From NCBI GenBank assembly GCA_048939015.1, contig JBHLPW010000075.1, positions 1-21,166 on the forward strand: a stretch of 21,166 nucleotides of DNA, in the 5' to 3' direction. Each line of letters begins with the position of its first letter. Positions within the stretch are counted from its first letter, which is position 1. Under the pieces are notes generated by a model that saw only the letters and a list, made by a program, of their open reading frames with translations, did not search any database and had not been told where the DNA came from. Source of the stretch: Promethearchaeota archaeon (GTDB lineage: Archaea > Asgardarchaeota > Lokiarchaeia > Sigyniarchaeales > SOKP01). The position numbers and the translations under genes are program-made. Shown here one piece after another: positions 7,991 to 16,416 of the stretch.

Positions 7991-9166
7991 TTATACCATA
8001 TCTACAAATTTACCAGACTTAAATAAATCACATGGTTTTAGGTAAGGTTTACCTAATTTTTCAGCTGTATCTTCCAAAAGCTTAGCTAAACGTTCGTAGT
8101 TCTTAGTAGCATATTCCATAGGACCTTTAAAATTCATACCTGCTAATATTGCATCATCGATCACCTTCCAGTTTGATACAACTCCCTCTTCTAGAATTCT
8201 ACATCCCTCATTAGCATTGATGGCATTAAAAATATCTTGATTAACAAGTCCTGCTTTTTTAGAGAGATCAGGTTGAGGCCTTCCCATTGACCAATCATAA
8301 AATCCTTGTCCAGTTTTTTTACCCAGAGTTCCCTCTTCTATTTGCATTCTTAATACATTTCCAGGTTTAAAATCAGGAGAGAGTTTTTCACTATAATATA
8401 GTCCTCCATGATATGATATATCACGCCCAGTAAAATCTGCTAAGGTTAATGAAGACATTGGAGTATTTGGTCCAGTTAGATCAGCATCTACTTGCTCCCA
8501 AGGAATACCCTTCTGATAGGCTAGATCAATAATATGATTAAAATATATACCTCTTGGAGCAAGCACACGATTAACAATAAATCCTGGGCGATCCTTCTGT
8601 ACACGAGCAATGTATCTTTCTCCTCTCAAACATGGCAGTGTTTTCGCAACCTCAACTCCTGTATTCATTGATTCTTCTGAACTCTTATCACCCCTAATTA
8701 CTTCAATAAGACGCATTAATGGGGCTGGATTAAAAAAATGCATACCTATTACATTTTCAGGTTTACTACATTTCTCAGCAATCTCAGTGATACTCATTGT
8801 GGATGTGTTAGAGGCAAAAATACAATGTTCAGGAGAGTTTTCAATAACATCCTTACATAGTTTTTGTTTTATATCTATTTTTTCTACGACCGCTTCAATT
8901 ACTAAATCTGCATCCTTAACAGCATCAATGATATTATTAGACGTTTTTAATTTTGCTAAATAATCACCAGCAATTGAACCCTCAGGCAAATTTCCTTTAG
9001 ATTCTAATTTCTCAAATCCCGTCTTTATGTAATTAAAACCTTTTTCAATAATTTCATCACTTATATCCACAGCTGTGACGTTGTAACCAGCCATTAAACA
9101 TACTTGAGCAATACCTTTACCCATATCACCAAAACCAAGCATAACGATATGCTTTACTTTCGCCAT
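7991..9166 (-). CDS. 3-hydroxyacyl-CoA dehydrogenase (NAD-binding domain plus duplicated C-terminal domain)
   Basis: GFGDMGKGIA Rossmann motif, EAVVE, ASNTST, GMHFFNP..MRLIE catalytic His/Glu, PGFIVNR and LGKKTGQGFYDW, followed by a second NEG..ILEEGV..IDDAI repeat. Confidence 0.92.
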   Translation of the reverse strand: MAKVKHIVMLGFGDMGKGIAQVCLMAGYNVTAVDISDEIIEKGFNYIKTGFEKLESKGNLPEGSIAGDYLAKLKTSNNIIDAVKDADLVIEAVVEKIDIKQKLCKDVIENSPEHCIFASNTSTMSITEIAEKCSKPENVIGMHFFNPAPLMRLIEVIRGDKSSEESMNTGVEVAKTLPCLRGERYIARVQKDRPGFIVNRVLAPRGIYFNHIIDLAYQKGIPWEQVDADLTGPNTPMSSLTLADFTGRDISYHGGLYYSEKLSPDFKPGNVLRMQIEEGTLGKKTGQGFYDWSMGRPQPDLSKKAGLVNQDIFNAINANEGCRILEEGVVSNWKVIDDAILAGMNFKGPMEYATKNYERLAKLLEDTAEKLGKPYLKPCDLFKSGKFVDMV

Positions 9167-9392
9167 TTAGTATCAACTTATTTTTTTTTAATTATGTTAT
9201 AAATATACATTATACATTAAATAATCTTCTTGTAAGATCAAAAAGAGTTTAGAGGAAAAAATACAACATTTTATTGAGAGAAGGGAGAAGATAATTATAA
9301 TAAAAATGAGTGAAGTCTCCCATATATTATTTTCTTCTCTACATTCTCTCTACAGATAAAATAGTGATCAAACTATCAGTTATACATTTTAT

Positions 9393-9406
9393 AAAAAGTA
9401 TTTAAA
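9393..9406 (+). promoter_or_regulatory. Candidate archaeal BRE + TATA box for the second dmsAB operon
   Basis: AAAAAG-TATTTAAA about 60 nt upstream of the proposed start at 9466. The AT-rich background limits specificity. Confidence 0.35.
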
Positions 9407-9465
9407 CATCGCATATTTTTTTAGGTAATATTTAATTCAAAATTAAAAAGACGGACGGATTTAAA

Positions 9466-11736
9466 ATAGTTCAAAAAAAAGACGAAATTAAGATTATTAA
9501 TACAGGTTGTTGCCATGATTGTGGAGGCCGGTGTGTTCTAAGAGCTCATGTAAAAAATGGAAAAATTATAAGACTTGAAACTGATAATGATGAACAGTCT
9601 CAGTTGAGAGCTTGTTTACGAGGGAGAGCATATAGACAGAGAGTCTACTCTGATGGAAGACTTAAATATCCTTTACGACGTGATGGAGAACGTGGAATGG
9701 GAATATTCGAAAGGATCTCATGGGATGAAGCTTTAGAAGAAGTAGCATCTAAATTGAAGGAGATTAGAAAAAAATACGGTAATTCTGCTATACTATTTGT
9801 TCCAGGTGGGGGTAATCAAGGAATGCTTCATGGGGTTGTATCTCATGCTTTAATGCTTCATCAATTCGGAGGATATACTCGAATGTGGGGTGCTCCTTCT
9901 TATGAAGGCGTTCTTTTTGCTTCTATGGCAACTTACGGTACAATAATGACGGGAAGTGCCCGTGAAGATTTATTAAATTCTAAGCTTATAATAATGTGGG
10001 GTTGGAACCCTGCAAATACAATTTGGGATCCTGGAACGAGTTTATGGATTGCAAAAGCTCGAGAAAAAGGTACTAAAATTATTGTCATTGATCCAATATT
10101 CACAGATTCTGCAGCAATTCTTGCTGACAAATGGATACCTATACGTCCTGGCACGGATACAGCTATGTTATTAGCTATGGCGAATGTGATTATATCCGAA
10201 AATTTACATGATATTACTTTTATTGAGAAATTTACTATTGGATTTGATAAATTCAAGGAATATGTAATGGGAATAGAAGATGGTATTGAAAAAACACCAG
10301 AATGGGCTGAAGATATAACAAAAGTACCCTCAAAATTAATACGGAATTTAGCTAAAGAATATGCAACAAAAAAACCAGCAGCCCTTATTGCTGGTTGGGG
10401 TCCTGCTAGAACGATGTTTGGTGAACAATTTTCAAGAGCTGCAAATGTATTATGTGCTATAACTGGAAATATAGGTATAAATGGAGGTTATGCTTCGGGT
10501 TTTATGAGAGCATATTATAGTCGTGAGAGAATTGTCACAGGAGGGAAAAAAAAATCTGGACCTATCAAACCAGAAGATGAAAAACCTAAAAAACCCAGAA
10601 TTCAAGATAATCCAGTAGATTTTGGAGCTCCACCTCGGGAAGATAGTCTATTTAAGTTAAAGGGTGGAACTAATCCAGCGAATACTCGGATTCATTATAA
10701 CGATTACTATAATGCAATTTTGCAAGGTAAGAAAGGAGGATATCCCGCTGACTTAAAGATGGCATATATAGTTGGTACCAATCGATTGAATCAGTTTGCA
10801 AATGTAAACAAGGGAATAAAAGCATTGAAATCTCTTGATTTTATTGTAGCATTTGAACAAAATATGACACCTACAGCTCAGTTAGCAGATATTGTTCTAC
10901 CTGTGAATACATTCATGGAACGTAATGATATTTCTGTTCCATGGCTTGGATCACCTTATTATATCTATTTAAATAAAACCATTGATTCAATGTATGAATC
11001 AAAATCGGATCTTGAAATATGTAAAGAACTCTCTAAAAAGTTAGGTATTGAACAGAGTTTGTTAGATTTACCGGAAGAACAAATATTAAGATTGTTATCT
11101 GCTCCCCGTAAAGATATAAAAAGCTTTAATAAAATGAAGAGAGATGGTTATTATAAAGTCAAGGTGGAAGTACCTTTTGTTGCATTTAGGGAACAAATTG
11201 AAGACTTTGAAAATCATCCTTTCCCTACATTATCAGGAAAAATCGAAATCTATTGCAAGCACATCGCAGAAAAAAATAATCCTCTAATGCCTCCAATTCC
11301 AAAATACATGAGCCATGAGGAACATTACGATTCTCCTAAAACAAAAAGATTCCCATTGCAACTTCTTACACCTCATAATAAGAGAAGAACTCATTCAACT
11401 TTACATAATATTCCATGGTTAGAAGAAGTAGAAACTCATAATGCTTGGATAAATCCCATAGATGCTCTAAAACGCAATATTAAAGACGGGAATTTGATAG
11501 ATGTATATAATGATCGAGGCAGAATAAGAATCCCTGCAAAAGTTACTGAACGAATTATACCTGGAGCGGTATGTGTTTATCAAGGTGCTTGGTATAACCC
11601 AAATAAAGAGGGCATAGATCTTGGTGGTTGTGCAAATGTCTTAACGAATGATGGATATTCCCCAGGTGGGGCGTTTCCTTTAAATAGTTCTCTTGTTGAG
11701 ATACAATTAGCCCCCAATAATAAAAAGGAGGGATGA
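9466..11736 (+). CDS. dmsA: DMSO-reductase-family Mo/W-bisPGD oxidoreductase catalytic subunit, DmsA-like, no Tat signal (copy 2); proposed ATA start
   Basis: The frame is open from 9436. Upstream of the track's TTG 9604 it encodes IVQKKDEIKIINTGCCHDCGGRCVLRAHVKNGKIIRLETD, the FS0 Cys motif, which aligns with the N-terminus of copy 1. The remainder has RACLRGR, WGAPSY, IDPIFTDS, PGTDTA, ADIVLP and SGKIEI. The exact start is inferred. Confidence 0.88.
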   Translation: MVQKKDEIKIINTGCCHDCGGRCVLRAHVKNGKIIRLETDNDEQSQLRACLRGRAYRQRVYSDGRLKYPLRRDGERGMGIFERISWDEALEEVASKLKEIRKKYGNSAILFVPGGGNQGMLHGVVSHALMLHQFGGYTRMWGAPSYEGVLFASMATYGTIMTGSAREDLLNSKLIIMWGWNPANTIWDPGTSLWIAKAREKGTKIIVIDPIFTDSAAILADKWIPIRPGTDTAMLLAMANVIISENLHDITFIEKFTIGFDKFKEYVMGIEDGIEKTPEWAEDITKVPSKLIRNLAKEYATKKPAALIAGWGPARTMFGEQFSRAANVLCAITGNIGINGGYASGFMRAYYSRERIVTGGKKKSGPIKPEDEKPKKPRIQDNPVDFGAPPREDSLFKLKGGTNPANTRIHYNDYYNAILQGKKGGYPADLKMAYIVGTNRLNQFANVNKGIKALKSLDFIVAFEQNMTPTAQLADIVLPVNTFMERNDISVPWLGSPYYIYLNKTIDSMYESKSDLEICKELSKKLGIEQSLLDLPEEQILRLLSAPRKDIKSFNKMKRDGYYKVKVEVPFVAFREQIEDFENHPFPTLSGKIEIYCKHIAEKNNPLMPPIPKYMSHEEHYDSPKTKRFPLQLLTPHNKRRTHSTLHNIPWLEEVETHNAWINPIDALKRNIKDGNLIDVYNDRGRIRIPAKVTERIIPGAVCVYQGAWYNPNKEGIDLGGCANVLTNDGYSPGGAFPLNSSLVEIQLAPNNKKEG

Positions 11737-11738
11737 AT

Positions 11739-12299
11739 ATGAATCAAATGGGGTTCTATTTTGATCAAACTAGGTGCATTGGTTGTTATACTTGCGCAGT
11801 TGCGTGTAAAGATTGGAATGACATACCAGTAGGAGTAAATTGGAGATTAATAAAAACTATAGAAGATGGAACCTTTCCTAACCTTTTTTTAGCTTATTTA
11901 TCAACATCTTGTCTTCATTGCAAAGATCCTCCATGTGCAAAAGCGTGTCCAACAAAAGCAATAATTAAAAGAGAATCTGATGGAATTGTTATTGTAATAG
12001 CCAATAAATGTTTGGGCAAGAAAGAATGTGGCTCAAAATGCCTGAAAGCTTGCCCATGGGATGTTCCTCAGTTTCGAAATGAAGAAAATTCAAAAATGGA
12101 AAAATGTAATTTTTGTATAGAGCGCCTAGAAAAAGGACAACAAACTATTTGTGTTGAAGCTTGTCCTATGTATGCTCTTGATGCTGCACCACTTGATGAA
12201 TTAAAGGAAAAGTACGGTAATTTACATAAAGCTGAAGGTTTTAATTATTATGAGAAAATAAAACCATCTGTTGTCTTTAAGCCTAAGTTCAAAAAGTAA
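11739..12299 (+). CDS. dmsB: DmsB-like 4x[4Fe-4S] electron-transfer subunit (copy 2)
   Basis: CIGCYTCAVACKDWN, CLHCKDPPCAKACP, CLGKKECGSKCLKACP and CNFC...CVEACP. GGAGG at 11727-11731 is 7 nt from ATG 11739; ATG 11733 is an alternative. Confidence 0.9.
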   Translation: MNQMGFYFDQTRCIGCYTCAVACKDWNDIPVGVNWRLIKTIEDGTFPNLFLAYLSTSCLHCKDPPCAKACPTKAIIKRESDGIVIVIANKCLGKKECGSKCLKACPWDVPQFRNEENSKMEKCNFCIERLEKGQQTICVEACPMYALDAAPLDELKEKYGNLHKAEGFNYYEKIKPSVVFKPKFKK

Positions 12300-12360
12300 T
12301 ATAATAATATGCTTAAGACATACTTAAATTATTCAAAATTCAAATATATTAGGTGATTAT

Positions 12361-12948
12361 ATGAACGAACAACATGAAGAAGAAAACCATAAAGATATCT
12401 TTTTTTCCGAACTTCATACTGTTGATTTAACAAATGTCAACTTGAATGGTCGTATTCTAGACATTGGGGGTGGTGGAGAAGGAGTTATCGGTCAGTTTGC
12501 AGGACCTCATGTAATAGCAATAGATCCTTCTGAAAGAGAATTAAAGGAAGCACCAGGAGATTGTATAAAAATAATAATGGATGGAAAAGATTTAAAATTT
12601 CTAGATGAGTCCTTTGACACAATTACAGTATTTTTTACTATGATGTATATGCAAATGTCAGATCATGAACAAGTATTTAAAGAAATTTATCGTGTTTTAA
12701 AAGAGCACGGAGAACTTTTCCTTTGGGACCTTATAATTCCTGATAAACCTGACACGGACAAAAAATTCTATGCTATAAAATTAGAAATAAACATTGGAGA
12801 AAAGAAAATATCTACAGGTTATGGAACACAATGGAGTAAAAAATTCACCAAACAACATTATATAGATTTAGGACAAAAAGTTGGATTTAAAGTTTTAGAA
12901 GCAGAAACAAATGGAGAGATCTTTTTTATAAAGTACGCCAAGGAATAG
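12361..12948 (+). CDS. Class I SAM-dependent methyltransferase
   Basis: ILDIGGGGEG motif I, IAID, FLDESFDTI and EIYRVLKEHG. GGTGA SD upstream. Confidence 0.85.
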   Translation: MNEQHEEENHKDIFFSELHTVDLTNVNLNGRILDIGGGGEGVIGQFAGPHVIAIDPSERELKEAPGDCIKIIMDGKDLKFLDESFDTITVFFTMMYMQMSDHEQVFKEIYRVLKEHGELFLWDLIIPDKPDTDKKFYAIKLEINIGEKKISTGYGTQWSKKFTKQHYIDLGQKVGFKVLEAETNGEIFFIKYAKE

Positions 12949-12981
12949 AATGTAATTATGTCAAATTCAGTTATGTAGAAA

Positions 12982-14217
12982 TTAACTGGATTTAATAAAG
13001 TCACTATCCTTATTTATATAATATACCCAAGCATTTTTAGACATTAGACAATTATCTTGGGCACCTAAATCCTTAAGAAGTTCAATTCGCATTTTTCGTG
13101 CATCTATGTTATTCGGTTCTTTTTGAAGGAGAATATCAAGTATTTGAAGTGCCAACTGAGTTTGATGGTTATTGAATAAATCTTTTGTTCGCTTCAAAAT
13201 TTTTTGAGAATCTCCAATTAGATTAAAAATTTCATTCATAACTTCCTTTTCAGGTCTTGGTAGAAGATGTGCGGGATTATCATCAAAATAACCATGATAC
13301 CATCTATATACATTGAAAACAAAAAACTCAACTCTTGTGTATAATTGCCTAAGATAAGGACTATCTATAAGATGTTCAGGAATTTTAACTTTATGGATCA
13401 TTTCTGTTATGTGTACACCTTGATTTATTAAATCTACCACTTGGTCGTGCAAAGATCGAATAACCTCAATGTTATGACTTAAGGCTTCAATTGCTCTTTC
13501 TTCTTTAAACATAACTCCCCCTCCATTACAAAAAACAAATTTAGGCTCTTTAGCACGCACTTCTTCCAAGGCTTTTGCCCAATCTAAAGCAAAGCGAGTA
13601 GGTTTCCATGGATTTCCTATATTCGGAAAATGTCTACCAATCATTAAATCTCCAATAAATGCTACATTTATCTCAGGAACATAAACCCAACAAGCATCAT
13701 CAGTTTCAGCTCGAGTAGTATACAATTCAAATGTTTTATCACCAAGTTTTATGGTCATTTCTCCTAAGAAAGTCTTTGTCGGATAAACATATTTAATTGA
13801 TTCTAGAGTTTCTGGAACGTTAAATTGTACAGCATTGATATGAGCACGATGTTGAGCCAACATTTTATATTTATCAAATCTATCTGATAAGTATTTACTC
13901 GATATAATCTCAGGATTATCATCCAGAAAGACTGAGGCACCTCCTACATGATCCATATGTCCATGTGTATAGATAATGTATTTAATCCTTCCTTTAATTC
14001 TATTTTTTGCCTGTTTTGCTGTGTGTCTTCTATTTAAAGTATCTATTAATACTATCCCTTCTTTTGTATCAACCCAACCGCAACTAGCAATACGCAATCT
14101 CGCAGTATGAACATCTGGTAATGGATCATTAAATTTCACATTTAAATAACTAAGAACACGATTAGCTTGAATGTTTTTTGACTCTTTTTTCTTAATATTA
14201 TCATTTTCTTCTGACAT
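12982..14217 (-). CDS. Alkyl-sulfatase-like (SdsA1/BDS1 family) metallo-beta-lactamase-fold hydrolase with dimerisation domain
   Basis: LIDT, IIYTHGHMDHVGG, AETDD, GDL, FPNIGNP..PTR..LDWAKALE and YHGYFDDNPAHLLP (compare SdsA-family Y.GWFDGNP..L), then a helical dimerisation region. No SCP2 tail. ATG 14217 preferred over TTG 14226. Confidence 0.78.
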   Translation of the reverse strand: MSEENDNIKKKESKNIQANRVLSYLNVKFNDPLPDVHTARLRIASCGWVDTKEGIVLIDTLNRRHTAKQAKNRIKGRIKYIIYTHGHMDHVGGASVFLDDNPEIISSKYLSDRFDKYKMLAQHRAHINAVQFNVPETLESIKYVYPTKTFLGEMTIKLGDKTFELYTTRAETDDACWVYVPEINVAFIGDLMIGRHFPNIGNPWKPTRFALDWAKALEEVRAKEPKFVFCNGGGVMFKEERAIEALSHNIEVIRSLHDQVVDLINQGVHITEMIHKVKIPEHLIDSPYLRQLYTRVEFFVFNVYRWYHGYFDDNPAHLLPRPEKEVMNEIFNLIGDSQKILKRTKDLFNNHQTQLALQILDILLQKEPNNIDARKMRIELLKDLGAQDNCLMSKNAWVYYINKDSDFIKSS

Positions 14218-14222
14218 AAAAA

Positions 14223-15011
14223 TCAATTCCTATTCTGTTTTTTTGCTTTAATAAAGAATCTATGATTGTTATTCTCTAGATCAAGATAGCCATTTTTTAT
14301 AATATGGTTATGAACTTCATTTAATTTATTAGAATATTTCTTTACTGAAAAATCTGGCAATTCCCAAGGGACTGCCTTAAAATAACAAACAATAGCTCCT
14401 ACATCGAAAATTCTTGTTAATGTAATATCTTCTTTAGCATTTAGTATTTTAAAACCATTTGCTTCTAATTCTTTTATAGCAACATTCAAATTCCAGTCAA
14501 TGTGATTGTCTAATTTTGCTTTATTAGTTAAAATAAATCTTAGTTTTGAATCGTTTTGATCTCCTACTTGTTGGGTGATAAACAATCCACCAGGTTTCAA
14601 TATTCGATGTATTTCACGGGAAGAATAAGATTCATGACGATCAATAACAATCTCAAATTCTTCATCATTAAAGGGAAGATCCTCGTTATTTTCTGTCAGG
14701 AATACTTTCACACCTAGTGGTTCTAATAATTCTTTTGCGATAGGGAAATTTGGTTTATAACCCTCCGTAGCGCAAGTATATTTCGGTAAAGGCATAAGTA
14801 TTGATAGAAATTCACCTCCTCCAGTACCAATATCAAGAAGAGAATTCACTTTTCTAATTAGTGGTAAAATTTCACTATGATAACACCATGAAAGTGGCGC
14901 ATTTTTTACACGATTCCCAATATAGGAAAAATTCCATCCTAAAAATGGATGTTCAGCTTCTGAGACAAGAAACTGAAACAGCTCTTTGTTATCTATCATA
15001 ACCTCCGACAA
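14223..15011 (-). CDS. Class I SAM-dependent methyltransferase
   Basis: F.GW.FSYI, LLDIGTGGGE, ATEGYKPN, LPFNDEEFEIVIDRHESY and RILKPGGLFITQQVG. Confidence 0.87.
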   Translation of the reverse strand: MSEVMIDNKELFQFLVSEAEHPFLGWNFSYIGNRVKNAPLSWCYHSEILPLIRKVNSLLDIGTGGGEFLSILMPLPKYTCATEGYKPNFPIAKELLEPLGVKVFLTENNEDLPFNDEEFEIVIDRHESYSSREIHRILKPGGLFITQQVGDQNDSKLRFILTNKAKLDNHIDWNLNVAIKELEANGFKILNAKEDITLTRIFDVGAIVCYFKAVPWELPDFSVKKYSNKLNEVHNHIIKNGYLDLENNNHRFFIKAKKQNRN

Positions 15012-15130
15012 TAATTGAAATTATTTAAATCTTAAGACCAAATAAAACATAAGGTAAAAAAAAGGTTCAATTATTATCTATTATAATTTATCTGACAAAT
15101 TTTAAAAATAGGAATAAAAGGTATTATCAA

Positions 15131-15958
15131 ATGTCTGAAGAAAAAAAGTTTGAACATATTAAAATTGAAAAAATAGATGAAGGAAACTATGCTATAATCT
15201 ATATCAATCGGCCCGATAAGTTGAATGCGCTTCAAAATCAAACGCTTAGAGAAATTGCTGATGCCTTAAAAACCATGGAAGTGGATCAAAGTATTCGTTG
15301 TGTAGTTTTACGAGGCACCAAAGAATTTACTAAAAAACCGGCATTTTCAGCTGGGGCAGACTTATCAGATAGAGCGAGTGCTGATCTTGATCCAAATAAT
15401 CTTAGGCATCAAAGTCATGCAATGTACAGAAGACATTCATATTATAATTTAATTGAAGCATTTCCAAAACCACTCATAGCGGCTATTGATGGATATGCTT
15501 TAGGTGGAGGTTTTGAGTTAGTTTTAGTATGCGATATATCTATTGCTTCAAAACGCTCAATGTTTGGATTTCCTGAAATACAACGTGGAATTTTTCCTGC
15601 TAATGGTGGAACTCAACGGTTAATAAGGAATCTTGGTAAAATGAGAGTAAAGAGAATGATGTTTTTTGGTGAACATTATACTGCTGAACAAATGTTTGAA
15701 TGGGGAGTTATATCTTTCGTAGTTGAGGATGAAAAATTTGAAGATTTTGTGCATGAGAGAGCTTCTTGGTTAGGACATGCTGCTACTAATAGTCTATTCT
15801 TAATTAAGAAAAGCATTGACTATGGAACTCAAGTACCACTAAACATCGGCTTACAATTTGAACAAATGGGTTATGCTATTAATTCACGCAGTAAAGATGT
15901 TACAGAAGGAGTTACTGCTTTCTTGGAAAAGAGAATGCCTAAATTTCAAGGAAAATAA
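15131..15958 (+). CDS. Enoyl-CoA hydratase/isomerase (crotonase) family protein
   Basis: NRPDKLNAL, AFSAGADL, PKPLIAAIDGYALGGGFEL and FGFPEIQRGIFPANGGTQRL, with both catalytic Glu present. C-terminal EGVTAFLEKR.P.F.G. Confidence 0.93.
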   Translation: MSEEKKFEHIKIEKIDEGNYAIIYINRPDKLNALQNQTLREIADALKTMEVDQSIRCVVLRGTKEFTKKPAFSAGADLSDRASADLDPNNLRHQSHAMYRRHSYYNLIEAFPKPLIAAIDGYALGGGFELVLVCDISIASKRSMFGFPEIQRGIFPANGGTQRLIRNLGKMRVKRMMFFGEHYTAEQMFEWGVISFVVEDEKFEDFVHERASWLGHAATNSLFLIKKSIDYGTQVPLNIGLQFEQMGYAINSRSKDVTEGVTAFLEKRMPKFQGK

Positions 15959-15968
15959 AAAAATTAAC

Positions 15969-15992
15969 TTTTCTATTTTTTTCATTTTTTTT
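15969..15992 (+). terminator. Oligo-T tract terminator (archaeal type) after the crotonase
   Basis: TTTTCTATTTTTTTCATTTTTTTT about 10 nt after the stop, in a convergent intergenic region. Confidence 0.45.
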
Positions 15993-16107
15993 AATGAACC
16001 TTATAGTGAATAAAGTCAGTTAATTCATAATTAGATTATATTATTAAAAAAAAAAAGAAATTAGTTTTAAGATTTCATTAGTAATTATTAAGATTTCTTA
16101 AAAATCT

Positions 16108-16416
16108 CTACTTTCCTATATATGCCATAGCTTCATTTAAAGTGCTTAAAATCCTAGTTTTATAATTAAATCCTTCAATATCCCGAAATTCTACTAAAAA
16201 TTTGGCGAGATAATCACTTGCTTTTCCTGTATCTTCTCGTTTTATCTCATCAACAATAAATACTTTAATTCCTTTTCTATTAGTAGCCACGGCTGCTGGA
16301 ACCACACGTTTAATCTCTGAGATTATTGGGTATTTTTGCATTATTTCTAAGTATCTCTGAGCAACGGTATTAGCCAATTTTAGAGGATACCAGGAAGTTG
16401 ATACTATATAGGGTAT
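16108..16416 (-). CDS. Small (~102 aa) protein of unknown function, alternating beta/alpha pattern; proposed ATA start
   Basis: Protein-like body PYIVSTSWYP...VAQRYLEIMQKYP...IEGFNY...EAMAYIG. GAGGTG SD lies 7 nt before ATA 16416. Alternative in-frame starts are ATG 16467 and GTG 16515. Confidence 0.7.
   Translation of the reverse strand: MPYIVSTSWYPLKLANTVAQRYLEIMQKYPIISEIKRVVPAAVATNRKGIKVFIVDEIKREDTGKASDYLAKFLVEFRDIEGFNYKTRILSTLNEAMAYIGK

Noticed and set aside
9466-11736. AUA reassigned to Met throughout the genetic code
   Set aside because: Internal ATA aligns with Ile codons in the paralog: KLIIMWG uses ATA ATA in copy 2 and ATC ATT in copy 1, and ERIIPG uses ATT ATA versus ATA ATT. ATA is Ile in elongation.
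3473-11736. Selenocysteine recoding or SECIS in the molybdoenzymes
   Set aside because: Neither A subunit is interrupted by an in-frame TGA, and the Mo-ligand loop has Ser. TGA 11734-11736 falls at the same end point as the paralog. The 5918-5970 hairpin lacks the opposing GA needed for a SECIS core.
7701-11768. Track ORFs 7701-7946(+), 8610-8963(+), 9933-10256(-) and 11580-11768(-)
   Set aside because: Antisense shadows. The similarity between 3495-3743 and 11580-11768 just mirrors the paralogous dmsA C-termini.
2911-12299. Recent inverted duplication or invertible segment bounded by the dmsAB copies
   Set aside because: The copies differ at many synonymous and non-synonymous sites with indels, and no recombinase or long identical inverted repeat is present.
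12361-15011. Arsenite methyltransferase (ArsM) plus arsenate reductase detoxification system
   Set aside because: The methyltransferases lack a recognisable ArsM cysteine pattern, the A subunits are DmsA-like rather than ArrA/AioA-like, and no ars genes are present.
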